From NCBI GenBank assembly GCA_021613535.1, contig CP075497.1, forward strand, positions 5,642,001-5,706,000: DNA of 64,000 nucleotides, written 5' to 3'. The translations under genes were made by a program, and so were the position numbers. Position 1 is the stretch's first letter. Each line of letters opens with the position of its first letter. This stretch comes from Adineta vaga. Lineage: Eukaryota; Animalia; Rotifera. A model generated the notes under the pieces. The model saw only the letters and a list, made by a program, of their open reading frames with translations. It searched no databases and had not been told where the DNA came from. Below are positions 28,301 to 43,300 of the stretch, piece after piece.

Positions 28301-31300
28301 TGGTGTTGATCCTGTGACACCTAGGTAGATGGAAATGGTTATATTTCATTCGAGAGATATTTGTTGTGAACGAATCCTGTGATAATACTAATCTAAAATC
28401 CGTAGGAGTTCAAATGCTGTGACGAGCTGAGTGGAACTATACTGATGGAGTAAAAAGTGTAGTCCGATAGAAAACGTTTGGCTATGGGATATAAAAATGT
28501 CTCAATTCCTAAAACTTTTAGCAGTTCACATATTGATCTTATTGTTCAGTGCAACATTTGATATGAAAGAAGTGAAAAACCCTATTCCTACACTCACTTG
28601 TTGTTTGCGTCTGTCCAGCGGTTAGTGTACTTATTGTGATTGAAGGTGTTGATCCAAAGACAGTTGGTGAAACTGTTCCAGTCGTTACAACTGTTGTAGC
28701 CGTCGATGGTGTGTAACAAGCGATAATGGATACAGTCACATCAGTTGGTGCTGCACCATTGGGCGTGTTAAATATGATTGTGACTGTGCTACCCTCTGGT
28801 AGAGGTTGATTATAAGTGACTGCAACTGTTGGTGTACCAGATGGAGATGTTTGACTGAAGAGAACTGTACCATCGGGTTGTTTCACAATGACAGTGATAC
28901 TGTCGACATTGGTTGTCGGACTTGGTACGGAAACTGAACTGAGAATGGGTGTTGTGCCTGATGTGAATGGAATAATGACAGATGCATTATTATTGATGAA
29001 ATTAACACCGGGTGACTCGGGATTGAGTTCTGAAACGGTTGTAGACGCAGGTGCACCGATGAATGTTGCCTGATTGATGTATTGTGGATTGGTCATGCCT
29101 ATAGTGGAATGAGGTGAGTGATGATGAAGCAGAGAGAAAACATACCATCAATGAGTGGACAGATGACTGTTGTAGTGGTGGGTGTTCCTGGAGCAAGTGT
29201 TGATTGGGTTGGTGGCGGTGGTGTTGATCCTGTGACACCTGGGTAGATAGAAAATAGTTATGATTCACTTGAGAAATGTTTCTTCTGAACGAATCGTATG
29301 ATACTACAAATATTTTGTTTGTAGGAGTAGGAACGATGTGATCAAGTAAAAAACTGTTACACTATATGAAACATTCCGGTTAGGATTACAAAAATATCTG
29401 AAGGCATAAAACTCTTAACATTTTGCAAAATGATCTTATAGATGTCTTTAGTCTTTGTGTATAATTGAGTGCAACAGGTGATCTGAAAGAAGTGAAGAAT
29501 CGTATTCCTACACTGACCTGTGGTTTGCGTCTGTGTACCGGTTACTGTAGTTATTGTGATTGAAGGTGTTGATCCAGAGATAGTTGGTGGAACTGTTCCA
29601 GTCGTCACAACTGTTGTAGCCGTCGATGGTGTGTAACAAGCGATAATGGATACAGTCACATCAGTTGGTGCTGCACCGTTGGGCGTATTAAAGATGATTG
29701 TGACTGTGCTACCCTCTGGTAGAGGTTGATTATAAGTGACTGCAACTGTTGGTGTACCAGATGGGGATGTTTGACTGAAGAGAACTGTACCATCGGGTTG
29801 TTTTACAATGACAGTGATACTGTCGACATTAGTGGTCGGACTTGGTACGGAAACTGAACTGAGAATGGGTGTTGTGCCTGATGTGAATGGAATAATGACA
29901 GATGCATTATTATTGATGAAATTAACACCAGGAGATTCGGGATTGAGTTCCGAAACGGTTGTAGACCCAGGTGCTCCGATGAATATTGCCTGATTGATGT
30001 ATTGTGGATTGGTCATGCCTATAATGGAATGAGGTGAGAGATGATGAAGTAGAGAGAAAACATACCATCAATGAGTGGACAGATGACTGTTGTAGTGGTG
30101 GGTGTTCCTGGAGCAAGTGTTGATTGGGTTGGTGCTTGTGTCGATCCTGTAACACCTAAACGATACATAAGTGAATTATTGACATTTTTCATTTTTGTTG
30201 TCACAAACTTTGTCAACATTTTAAGTTTGTCAGAACCTTTTTAGAATACGTCTATAGTAGCAAACTTCATAGTCATCTAATTATCGCACTGAATATGACA
30301 CATGTATGAAGACTAAACTTGAAGTTTTTAACATATCGGGTGCTTTGAGCATGCTTTCTGTCCACATTCGATGTAAACATGAAAGAATCAATAGTTGCAG
30401 GGCGGAGAATGTTTCGGATGGACTTCCCTCTCAGGAACAGTTTTCCACTGACAATTGTACTTTGGGTTGAAGTTTTTAGCGGTCAGTAGTCATAGGAAGA
30501 AAGGTTTCGGTGAAAAATATCAGCGGTGACGATTAAACTATGCCCGATTTACAGCTGATCATAGGTCACAGTAGGAGGTACTGGGCTGCAGTGGTTTTAG
30601 ATGAAAGCCTATGTTAACACGTAACTTTTCATTAGACGAGTTTTTGATAAGAATCTTTGTAGATATGCCTGAAAAAAGTTGATCTCATGGCAATAAGTTC
30701 GCTTTCTTTCAGTCGGTGATTCGATTTTACCACAGGAGTTTGATAGAAAGTTTTGATTTCGTTGAAGCCATAAAAACGACACGAAATGATGATAGCTCAC
30801 ACTCGGGAAAAGTTGTTTCTATTTTTGGAAATGAAAGCTGTGTATTACAATTGAATTTTTCGTAAGAATTCAACAAGCAGTAGAATAGTCGTGTATTTAT
30901 GGATCCAGTGTAGTAGATATCTTGAGAAGAGAAATATTCCAAAATCTACGAAAACTTTTCAAACATTCGGGGATGCGTAGTGTTCAATCTATTGAGTACT
31001 GGTAGCACCGTCGTTTAGTCACTGAAGCACTAGGTTATCTTATAGTGTGTGCACCGCAACACTAGCGACATTGCTGTGCCCACTTTCTATGATTTATACC
31101 GACTTCGTCGGCTGATGTATATCAGTAAATTTTGTAGAATTCACTTATTTCATTAAAAGCTATTAGTATTTCGGAAGAGCACACTTTGATGCATCTTTTG
31201 ATTTAAAAACAACGAACTGAATTGTTTTTCAAAAATTGCGTTTTCTCAGACGTCGCTCACTTTTTCAACAGTGAATCAAAACAGATCCGTGTTGTAGTGA

Positions 31301-34300
31301 TGCTGCGAAGAGATACGCTGAAAAACAGATTCTCTATACTGTCTTAATGTGTCTAAATTTGGCGGTACATTTCCTAGGTGATCCATACATCGTTGACTAC
31401 TCAACTAAGTCCATTTATGACAGAGTTTACATAGTTACAAGTTTTTCTATTAATCAATATTCTCAGGGAGACTACAACAATATGCGTTTCTTTAAATTGG
31501 ATGTTCACGTATGCCGCGAGTGGATGCAGTTTATATATTGGTTACAATCGCTTTCACAAATCAGTGATATGTGAATGTGGCGGTAGTCACTATCTTACCA
31601 GTACTTCCAGGATAAGCTGTTGAGCCTGTAGCGGTAGTTCCTTGTGTCACTACAGTTGTCAACGTAGTTATTGTGATTGAAGGCGTTGATCCAGAGATAG
31701 TTGGTGGAACTGTTCCAGTCGTTACAACTGTTGTAGCCGTCGATGGTGCGTAACAAGCGATGATGGATACAGTCACATCAGTTGGTGCTGCACCATTGGG
31801 CGTGTTAAAGATGATTGTGACTGTGCTACCCTCTGGTAGAGGTTGATTATAAGTGACATCAACTGTTGGTGTACCAGATGGAGATGTTTGACTGAAGAGA
31901 ACTGTACCATCGGGCTTTTTCACAATGACAGTGATACTGTCGACATTGGTTGTCGGACTTGGTACAGAAACTGAACTGAGAATGGGTGTTGTGCCTGATG
32001 TGAATGGAATAATGACGGATGCATTATTGTTGATGAAATTAACACCAGGAGATTCGGGATTGAGTTCCGAAACGGTTGTAGACCCAGGTGCTCCGATGAA
32101 TATTGCCTGATTGATGTATTGTGGATTGGTCATGCCTATAATGGAATGAGGTGAGAGATGATGAAGTAGAGAGAAAACATACCATCAATAAGTGGACAAA
32201 TGACTGTTGTAGTGGTGGGTGTTCCTGGAGCAAGTGTTGATTGGGTTGATGGTGGTGTTGGTCCCGTAACACCTATGTTAATAGAAATGGTTATCTTTCA
32301 TTCGAGACATGTTTGCTGTGAACGAATCGTATGATAATACGAATATCTCATCTGTACGAATGGGAATACTGTTATGATGGAAAATGACCGAAAGGGAAAA
32401 TGTCGATTATATAATTGCCGAAGAGAGAGAAGATAAAATATAGAAAAGGAAAAATGTGGAAAGAAAAAAGAATGATTAATTTATGAGAGGTCATTAATGA
32501 TAAGAGAGAAAATAATTACAGACTGATTATATTGTGTCGTGAAACTTGTTTATTTCTTCAAACGACCTAGGCTGAAAAGCGATTTCCTAGAAGACAGAAA
32601 CCACCTGAAAATGTCTTAGAGATAAAATACAACTTTAAAAGTATTTGCAGTTTGTAACGAATTCTGAACCTTTTGGTTACTCTCATTAAAGCGTTACAGG
32701 TTGCTATGAAACTTTTCAAAAGATTTCGATTTCGTTGCAAAAATGATTCAGTGTGGCAATCATTTTTGTTTTTGGTGTACTGGTGTACGTACGACTACAA
32801 TGAACGCATATCGAGTATAATCGTTTAATTTACTTTTCGTTGATTTTCTATATTTCAGATATGGAAATTACACCTTTTAATATCATATCTCTCGATAAAA
32901 CTCAAAAGATTGGTAGCATCTTAAGTGTTTGCGTGTGATTAAACAGCGAGCTGATCTTCTCATACCCATATCCTCAATACAGATTGTTCACTATTCATAC
33001 ATTTTAATCCTTCAGTATGTTTTCTTTGTTAATATTGTTTTTGACGCTTATTCTTTCGTCCTTTTTCATTTCTACATTTTTCTTTTCGATATTTTTCTCC
33101 GTCATTTCCCGTTTCATCATTTTCCATCCATTCTAAATTCTGTAATGGAGTAGAAAGCGCTCCATATATGAAAAGTTATATAAAGAGTTATATAAATGTC
33201 TGAAATCATTATGCATTTGCCACTTCGCTAAGTATACTTCCATTTCTGTTTACTTTTGTATATAAACGAGTGCAACATATCATATAAAAGTAGCGAAGAA
33301 CCATATTCCTATACTGACCTGTCGTTTGCGTCTGTCCAGCGGTTACTGTAGTTATTGTGATTGAAGGTGATGATCCAGAGATAGATGGTGGAACTGTTCC
33401 AGTCGTTACAACGGTTGTAGCCGTCGATGGTGCGTAACAAGCGATAATGGATACAGTCACATCAGTTGGTGCTGCACCATTGGGCGTGTTAAAGATGATT
33501 GTGACTGTGCTACCCTCTGGCAGAGGTTGATTATAAGTGACTGCAACTGTTGGTGTACCAGATGGAGATGTTTGACTGAAGAGAACTGTACCATCGGGTT
33601 GTTTTACAATGACAGTGATACTGTCGACATTGGTTGTTGGACTTGGTACGGAAACTGAACTGAGAATGGGTGTTGTGCCGGATGTGAATGGAATAATGAC
33701 AGATGCATTATTATTGATGAAATTAACACCAGGAGATTCGGGATTGAGTTCTGAAACGGTTGTAGACCCAGGTGCTCCGATGAATGTTGCCTGATTGATG
33801 TATTGTGGATTGGTCATGCCTATAGTGGAATGAGGTGAGTGATGATGAAGTAGAGAGAAAACATACCATCAATGAGTGGACAGATGACTGTTGTAGTGGT
33901 GGGTGTTCCTGGAGCAAGTGTTGATTGGGTTGGTGGCGGTGGTGTTGATCCTGTGACACCTGGGTAGATAGAAAATAGTTATGGTTCACTTGAGAAATGT
34001 TCCTTCTGAACGAATCGCATGATAGTACGAATATTTCGTTTGTAGGAGTAAGAACGATGTGATCAAGTAAAAAACTGTTACACTATATGGAACATTCTGG
34101 TAAGAATTGTAAAAATATCTGCGGTCATAAAACTCTTAACATTTTGCAAAATGATCTTATAGGTGTCTCTAGTCTTTGCATATAAATGAGTGCAACATAC
34201 GATGTGAAAGAAGTGAAGAATTGTACTCCAACACTCACCTGTGGTTTGCGTCTGTGTACCGGTTACTGTAGTTATTGTGATTGAAGGTGTTGATCCAGAG

Positions 34301-37300
34301 ATAGTTGGTGGAACTGTTCCAGTCGTTACAACTGTTGTAGCCGTCGATGGTGTGTAACAAGCGATAATGGATACAGTCACATCAGTTGGTGCTGCACCAT
34401 TGGGCGTGTTAAAGATGATTGTGACTGTGCTACCCTCTGGCAGAGGTTGATTATAAGTGACTGCAACTGTTGGTGTACCAGATGGAGATGTTTGACTGAA
34501 GAGAACTGTACCATCGGGTTGTTTTACAATGACAGTGATACTGTCGACATTGGTTGTTGGACTTGGTACGGAAACTGAACTGAGAATGGGTGTTGTGCCT
34601 GATGTGAATGGAATAATGACAGATGCATTATTATTGATGAAATTAACACCGGGTGACTCGGGATTGAGTTCCGAAACGGTTGTAGACCCAGGTGCTCCGA
34701 TGAATGTTGCCTGATTGATGTATTGTGGATTGGTCATGCCTATAGTGGAATGAGATGAGTGATGATGAAGCAGAGAGAAAACATACCATCAATGAGTGGA
34801 CAAATGACACTTGTAGTGATGGTGGTTCCTGGAGCAAGTGTTGATTGGGTTGGTGGTGGTGTTGATTCTGTAACAGCTAGATTCAAAAAGAATGTTATAA
34901 TCGATTGTGGTGAGTAGAATAAAAGTGTCTCATAGATATAAGATGTATTGACATGTGGGAAAATTATTATTATTATTTCGAACGATTTTATACGAAATGT
35001 TACAGATTAGAGAAAGCGTTTCAATAGGTTTTCTTTCGGAGGAGAGGTTTATAATAGAAAACCAAGCTAGTTAAAGGTTGGTTTTTAATATTGTGTTGAG
35101 AAAACGGATGGTTGTATCTAGTACTAAGGCTCATTTGGGTTGTATTAGGTGTAAATCATTTTTTAGCTAGCGTATTTAAAATGCTCTGCCATGAGATATG
35201 TTCGTGTTGTAAGAACGGTCTTTAATGTATCTTATTTTTGTGCTTGTTTGGTTACTATGTGACTTGTCTTCCGTACAAACCTTCGAAGGAAATGATTGCT
35301 GTTGCCGTGGTATAGTGCTGATTCATTGAATATTATGTTGTGTAGTGCAAAGAAGTAGCTGATATTCCCATGTAATTCTCTTTGTGCTCTGGCGGATTAT
35401 TGATAATGGAGAGCTCGAGTAGGCGAGATATACGCTAGATTTTATATACATGTATATGTAACGATAATGATATCGTTCATCTCTTTCTGTTCTCTATTCT
35501 CTCACCTCTATATCATATTGTCTCCGGGTCATCTCTCTCTTTCCTCTTCTCTATATAAACGTGTGTCTTATTGTGAAATCGGGACATTCTGGTCATGTAG
35601 AGTAGTCAATAAACATCATACCGTGAGAGGCGGTTAGCTACTCAACCAGTTTGTCGTTACAGTATACACACGTATGAAGAACAAATCAGAATATTTAATA
35701 CTGTGTCTTTTTTCTCCTGAAATACTTTTTAATAAGAGACAATCGCACATTAAATGAAACACATTTCATCAATGTGTGACTGAAAACCTTTTATATACTC
35801 ATTTTGCTTTTCTGTATAATTTATGAAGTGAAAACTAATTGCAAAAAGTTTTCAATTTATGCAGAGTATTAATTAATATAATAAATGAACTTTCTCATCA
35901 TACGGAAGAAACAAAACGACTATACTTCTGTAGGGGCTTCATACAGCCCTTCGATGGAGAGTCCATGAGCCCAGATCTATCGCAAAATCAATATCAAACA
36001 CTTGTCAACAGACAAATAACTCGTTTCAGTAGGGAACCAATTTCAATTCAAAGTAAACATCGTCCTAATTACAAATTCTACCGATATCCCAAACTATTTC
36101 TTATTCATACTACAAACGCCATCAAAAATTGTTGTTATTTACGATATCAATAGAATAGTCAAAATTTCGGTACTCGGTTCTGTTCTACTTCCTTTGATGA
36201 CTCACCTGTGATTTGCGTCTGTGTACCGGTTAATGTACTTATTGTGATTGAAGGTGTTGATCCAGAGATAGTTGGTGGAACTGTTCCAGTCGTTACAACT
36301 GTTGTAGCCGTCGATGGTGCGTAACAAGCGATAATGGATACAGTCACATCAGTTGGTGCTGCACCATTGGGTGTGTTAAAGATGATTGTGACTGTGCTAC
36401 CCTCTGGCAGAGGTTGATTATAAGTGACTGCAACTGTTGGTGTACCAGATGGGGATGTTTGACTGAAGAGAACTGTACCATCGGGTTGTTTCACAATGAC
36501 AGTGATACTGTCGACATTGGTTGTTGGACTTGGTACGGAAACTGAACTGAGAATAGGTGTTGTGCCTGATGTGAATGGAATAATGACAGATGCATTATTA
36601 TTGATGAAATTAACACCAGGAGATTCGGGATTGAGTTCCGAAACGGTTGTAGACCCAGGTGCTCCGATGAATGTTGCCTGATTGATGTATTGTGGATTGG
36701 TCATGCCTATAGTGGAATGAGGTGAGTGATGATGAAGCAGAGAGAAAACATACCATCAATGAGTGGACAAATGACTGTTGTAGTGGTGGGTGTTCCTGGA
36801 GCAAGTGTTGATTGATATGATGGTTGCGTTGATCCTGTAACACCTAAGAATATAGAAATCGTTATACTTCATTCGAGACTTTTTCATTGCGAACGAATCG
36901 TATGATAATACGAATCGAGAATCGGTGTGGGTGTGGGAATTCTGTGATGAAGTAGATACCGTTCCATTCTACAAAGCGTTTGAATGTGGGTTATAGAAAG
37001 TCAGAAGTTAGAAAGCTTCTAGCAGCTGGGACGGTGATCGTCTAACTGTGTTTCATTTTGTATATAAATGAGTGCAACATACGATGTGAAAGAAGTGAAG
37101 AATTTTACTCCCACGCTCACCTGTGGTTTGCGTCTGTGTACCGGTTAATGTACTTATTGTGATTGAAGGCGTTGATCCAGAGATAGTTGGTGGAACTGTT
37201 CCAGTCGTTACAACTGTTGTAGCCGTCGATGGTGTGTAACAAGCGATAATGGATACAGTCACATCAGTTGGTGCTGCACCATTGGGCGTGTTAAAGATGA

Positions 37301-40300
37301 TTGTAACTGTGCTACCCTCTGGTAGAGGTTGATTGTAGGTGACTACCACTGTTGGTGTACCAGATGGAGATGTTTGACTGAAGAGAACTGTACCATCGGG
37401 TTGTTTTACAATGACAGTGATACTGTCGACATTGGTTGTTGGACTTGGTACGGAAACTGAACTGAGAATGGGTGTTGTGCCGGATGTGAATGGAATAATG
37501 ACAGATGCATTATTATTGATGAAATTAACACCGGGTGACTCGGGATTGAGTTCTGAAACGGTTGTCGACCCAGGTGCTCCGATGAATGTTGCCTGGTTGA
37601 TGTATTGTGGATTGGTCATACCTATAGTGAAATGAGGTGAGTGATGATGAAGCAGAGAGAAAACATACCATCAATGAGTGGACAGATGACACTTGTAGTG
37701 ATGGTGGTTCCTGGAGCAAGTGTTGATTGGGTTGGCGGTTGTGTTGATGCTGCAACTGCGAAGTAAATAGTAATAGTTATACTTCATTTTAGACGTGTTT
37801 GCTGTGGACTGCAAGTGCTGTGACAAGCTCAAGGTGCCAACAGTGACAAAGTAGAACTATTTTTACTACATGAGACGTTTCACTCTGGGTTATAAAAGAG
37901 TTCAAAATCATGAAACTTTTAACAATTAGAAGAGTGATCGTCTAATTGTGTTTACTGTTGTATATAGAGTGATTTGTCCTAATAATAACACTTCATTTGT
38001 AGTTTATCTTAAATAATAGCGTTCTCCCCTTTATTATGCTTATTTGGAGTTACTTTTTCATAGCTTTGATTCTCAGATACTGCTCTTTCGATGATGTAGA
38101 TTTGTGCTCGATGCGAAATATAATAGCGAAGAAATCAGCAGTATGGAATTAAGGATACTTTTGTTATTCATCCAATCCGTTATCACAATAAAAATATTCA
38201 GTTTTTTTTTTATCTCGAATAAAACACTGCCTCAAAATTGACGTAAAATGAATATTTTCAGGAAAAAGTATTGTTTTAGCATTTATTACGGGAAAAAAAG
38301 GATAGCTATTCATGTCGGTAGTCTAGGCCACGTCCAACTCTGTCTGGATCCTAACTTCCATGAGAATAGAAGTATGATAAAAACAAGAAAACACTTTCAC
38401 AAGAAGTCGTATATTGTCATCTGAAACAAATTGATCGTAATTCTAAACACGCAGCTAGTTTTTCCCTAATGACAATATCAATTTCTACGTCACTTTTCCT
38501 GAAATGCTGTAACTAAGATTTAACAATTAACTAGGCGTTCCTATTGCGGAAATGGTGCCTAGGACCAGTAGAAAACTCCTTGATCTTGTACCGCTGATTT
38601 TTCTCTTATCAGATTTCAGATCACAATCATTTCTACGTCACTCGAAAGAGAGAGTTCCACAAATAGAAGCATATAAAACGTTTTTCAACTGAATTTATCG
38701 TAGACCGAACGCGATCATTTAAGATGAACTACGAATCTAGTGTCCGAATCGGAGAAAATTACTGTAATTCAGTGGAACATGTGATGTGAAAAGTGAAGAA
38801 TCATATTCCTACACTCACCTGTGGTTTGCGTCTGTGTACCAGTTACTGTAGTTATTGTGATTGAAGGTGTTGATCCAGAGATCGATGGTGGAACTGTTCC
38901 AGTCGTCACAACTGTTGTAGCCGTCGATGGTGTGTAACAAGCGATAATGGATACAGTCACATCAGTTGGTGCTGCACCATTGGGCGTGTTAAAGATGATT
39001 GTCACTGTGCTACCCGCTGGTAGAGGTTGATTGTAAGTGATATCAACCGTTGGTGTACCAGATGGAGATGTTTGACTGAAGAGAACTGTACCATCGGGTT
39101 GTTTTACAATGACAGTGATACTGTCGACATTGGTTGTTGGACTTGGTACGGAAACTGAACTGAGAATGGGTGTTGTGCCGGATGTGAATGGAATAATGAC
39201 GGATGCATTATTATTGACGAAGTTAACACCAGGAGAGTCAGGATTGAGTTCTGAAACGGTTGTAGACCCAGGTGCTCCGATGAATGTTGCCTGATTGATG
39301 TATTGTGGATTGGTCATACCTATAGTGGAATGAGGTGAGTGATGATGAAGCAGAGAGAAAACATACCATCAATGAGTGGACAAATGACTGTTGTAGTAGT
39401 GGGTGTTCCTGGAGCAAGTGTTGATTGGGTTGATGGTGGTGTTGATCCCGTAACACCTAAACGGTACATAAGTGAATTTTTGACGTTTTTTCCTTATCAT
39501 AAATTTGCTGAAAATATCACAGTAATGAAAACACATGGTTATAGAGTGTGCTGGAAAAATTGCACATATCTTTGCTGTTGACATATGTGTTTCTCTACAT
39601 TTATTCTTTGTAACAGTTACAGATTATTAAACACTATCAATCACATTGATTCATACACCCGACTTTCCTCGTTCTCTATCCATGTTAACAGAAGACAACA
39701 ATAGATTATGAGGCAACGTTATTTACTGCATCACCAATTCTTAGAAATGAAACCTCGCTAGTTCTCATACTACTGAAATGAACGTATTTTTACATTGACT
39801 GTGGATATGTGACGCGAGCGGATACACTTTGTCTACTGAACACAAGCGATTTCACATACTAATGACATGTGAATAGGACAATAGTAACTATCTTACCGGT
39901 ACTTCCAGGATAAGCTGTTGAACCTGTAGGACTGGTTCCTTGCGTTAGAACAGTTGTGATTGTATTGATGGTGATTGAAGGTGATGATCCTGAGATAGTC
40001 GGTGGAATTGTTCCAGTGGTCACAACTGTTGTAGCAGTCGATGGTGTGTAACAAGCGATAATGGATACAGTCACATCAGTTGGTGCTGCACCATTGGGCG
40101 TGTTAAAGATGATTGTCACTGTGCTACCCGCTGGTAGAGGTTGATTGTAAGTGACTGCAACTGTTGGTGTACCAGATGGAGATGTTTGACTGAAGAGAAC
40201 TGTACCATCGGGCTTTTTCACAATGACAGTGATACTGTCAACATTGGTTGTCGGACTTGGCACAGAGACTGAACTGAGAATAGGTGTTGTGCCGGATGTA

Positions 40301-43300
40301 AATGGTATAATGACAGATGCATTATTATTGATGAAATTAACACCGGGTGACTCGGGATTGAGTTCTGAAACTGTTGTTGACGCAGGTGCTCCAATGAATG
40401 TTGCCTGATTGATGTATTGTGGATTGGTCATGCCTATAGTAAAATACAGTGAAAGATGATGAAGCAGGGAGAAAACGTACCATCAATGAGTGGACAAATG
40501 ACACTTGTAGTAGTGGGTGTTCCGGGAGCAAGTGTTGACTGGGTTGGTGGTGGTGTTGATCCTGTGACACCTAGGTAGATGGAAAACGTTTATGTTGAAT
40601 TTTAGACGTTTTTGCTGTGAAAACATCGTTTGATAATAAGAATATGTTCTCTGTAGGACTGAGAATCCGTTGGCGAGCTTTATATAACAGCATTGTACAT
40701 CAGAGCATTTTGCACAATACGAAAGGTTTGGCTGGGGGTTAAAAAAATCAGAAGTCAGAAAACTTTCAGTAGTACACAGAGTGATCTTGTAGTTGTTTTT
40801 GCCTTCGTATATAACTGAGTGCGGTATATGATGTGAAAGAAGTGAAGAATTGTATTCCTACACTCACCTGTCGTTTGCGTCTGTGCACTGGTTACTGTAC
40901 TAATTGTGATTGAAGGTGTTGATCCAGAGATAGTTGGTGGAACTGTTCCAGTCGTTACAACTGTTGTAGCCGTCGATGGTGTGTAACAAGCGATAATGGA
41001 TACAGTCACATCGGTTGGTGCTGCACCATTGGGCGTGTTAAAGATGATTGTGACTGTGCTACCCTCTGGTAGAGGTTGATTATAAGTGACTGCAACTGTT
41101 GGTGTACCAGATGGAGATGTTTGATTGAAGAGAACTGTACCATCGGGCTTTTTCACAATGACAGTGATACTGTCGACATTGGTTGTCGGACTTGGTACAG
41201 AAACTGAACTGAGAATGGGTGTTGTGCCGGATGTGAATGGAATAATGACAGATGCATTATTATTGATGAAATTAACACCAGGAGATTCGGGATTGAGTTC
41301 TGAAACGGTTGTCGACCCAGGTGCTCCGATGAATGTTGCCTGGTTGATGTATTGTGGATTGGTCATGCCTATAGTGGAATGAGGTGAGAGATGATGAAGT
41401 AGAGAGAAAACATACCATCAATGAGTGGACAAATGACACTTGTAGTAGTGGGTGTTCCTGGAGCAAGTGTTGACTGGGTTGGTGGTGGTGTTGATCCTGT
41501 AACACCTAAGTAAATATAAATGGTTATACTTCATTTTACACATGTTCGCTGCGAACGAATCTCATGATAATACGTGGATATTGTCGGTAGGAGGGCGAAT
41601 GGTTTGACAAGCTCATGATAGTAACAGTGATATACTGTATGAAAGATTGGTTTTTTACCAAACAGAAAAGATTTTTATGCTTTCAAAGATTGATTTAAAG
41701 TTTAGAAAAATTGAAGACGTTTTGTGCTTGATCTGTCGAATTTTTTTATGTTTAGTAGGGCCTAGAACGCTGTGCGGTTATCAACAGAGACTATCTGAAG
41801 GTTTTCTACCCGGTTCATGAAACCATTGATAGTTCTGTACCATGTCACAAGACGCTCATGTTTTCGCTCATCTTCTTTGAAACTATTCCTAGTTTCGTAA
41901 ACTTGAAAGTAGTTTGATATAGCTCCTGCTGAACCATCAGTGGTTTTGGAAACTCACTCATGGTTTGATAAAATTTAAATAAAAACTATGAATTGTTTGA
42001 TGCAACGGTTTGGTGTAAGTTATCTGAAACGATCAGTATCATCGTAAAGATTATTCGAGTTCAGTGAACATTCCGGCGGACAAAGCAGTTAGTGACAATA
42101 TGTTATACACTGTATCCTCTCTTCTTCACTTTAGAATCGATGTCCATCGATTTAGTGAAACTACCAACACCCACTCTCACCCACACCTTAACAGCATTCA
42201 CGAAACAGCATTCACGAGAAATCATGGGGATCTTCTAAACAAAGCTTCGAAAGTTGTGTTCTGGAGTGACTGAATATAGAGCCTGTCATATAATAATTAA
42301 AAAAGAGTGTTTCACTGAATCACAAGAAAAAATCAATTCAGAGAAGGTTCCGTAGCTATCGGTTAGTAATAGACCTTTTTTAAGATAGATCTAGCAGGTT
42401 CTGTACTGTATCTATAGTATAGAACTTCCTTTTTGTAAACAGAAGCATTTCCCAGTAGATCTATGCTACGGAAGCTGTTCTGAATTTTTCTACTAAGTTC
42501 CTATCCGGAATCTTCTTTTTACTGAATTAGGAAAGGAGAAATCGTCTTTTGGTTGCGCAAAATACTTTTTAAAGTGTATAGTAGAACGTTCTCCACCATA
42601 CAAAACGATTGACCTGCTGGCTCACAACATCATGAGTCAGAAGACTTTTAGCAGTTCGCTGCGCGATCTTGTACTTGTCTTTCCTTTTGTATATGATTGA
42701 GTGCAATATTCGATGTGAAAGAAGGGAAGAACTGCATTGGTTCACTCACCTGTCGTTTGCGTCTGTGCACCAGTTACTGTACTTATTGTGATTGAAGGTG
42801 TTGATCCAGAGATAGTTGGTGGAACTGTTCCAGTGGTCACAACTGTTGTAGCAGTCGATGGTGTGTAACAAGCGATAATGGATACAGTCACATCAGTTGG
42901 TGCTGCACCATTGGGTGTGTTAAAGATGATTGTCACTGTGCTACCCGCTGGTAGAGGTTGATTATAAGTGACTGCAACTGTTGGTGTACCAGATGGAGAT
43001 GTTTGACTGAAGAGAACTGTACCATCGGGTTGCTTCACAATGACGGTGATACTGTCAACATTAGTGGTCGGACTTGGTACAGAAACTGAACTGAGAATGG
43101 GTGTTGTGCCAGGTGTGAATGGAATAATGACAGATGCATTATTATTGATGAAACTAACACCAGGCGATTCAGGATTGAGTTCTGAAACGGTTGTAGACGC
43201 AGGTGCTCCGATGAATGTTGCCTGATTGATGTATTGTGGGTTGGTCATACCTATAGTAAAATACAGTGAAAGATGATGAAGTAGGCAGAAAGCGTACCAT

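Noticed and set aside
35839-36153. 104-aa intronic ORF as a possible transposase fragment
   Set aside because: No recognisable catalytic or DNA-binding motif; non-ATG start.
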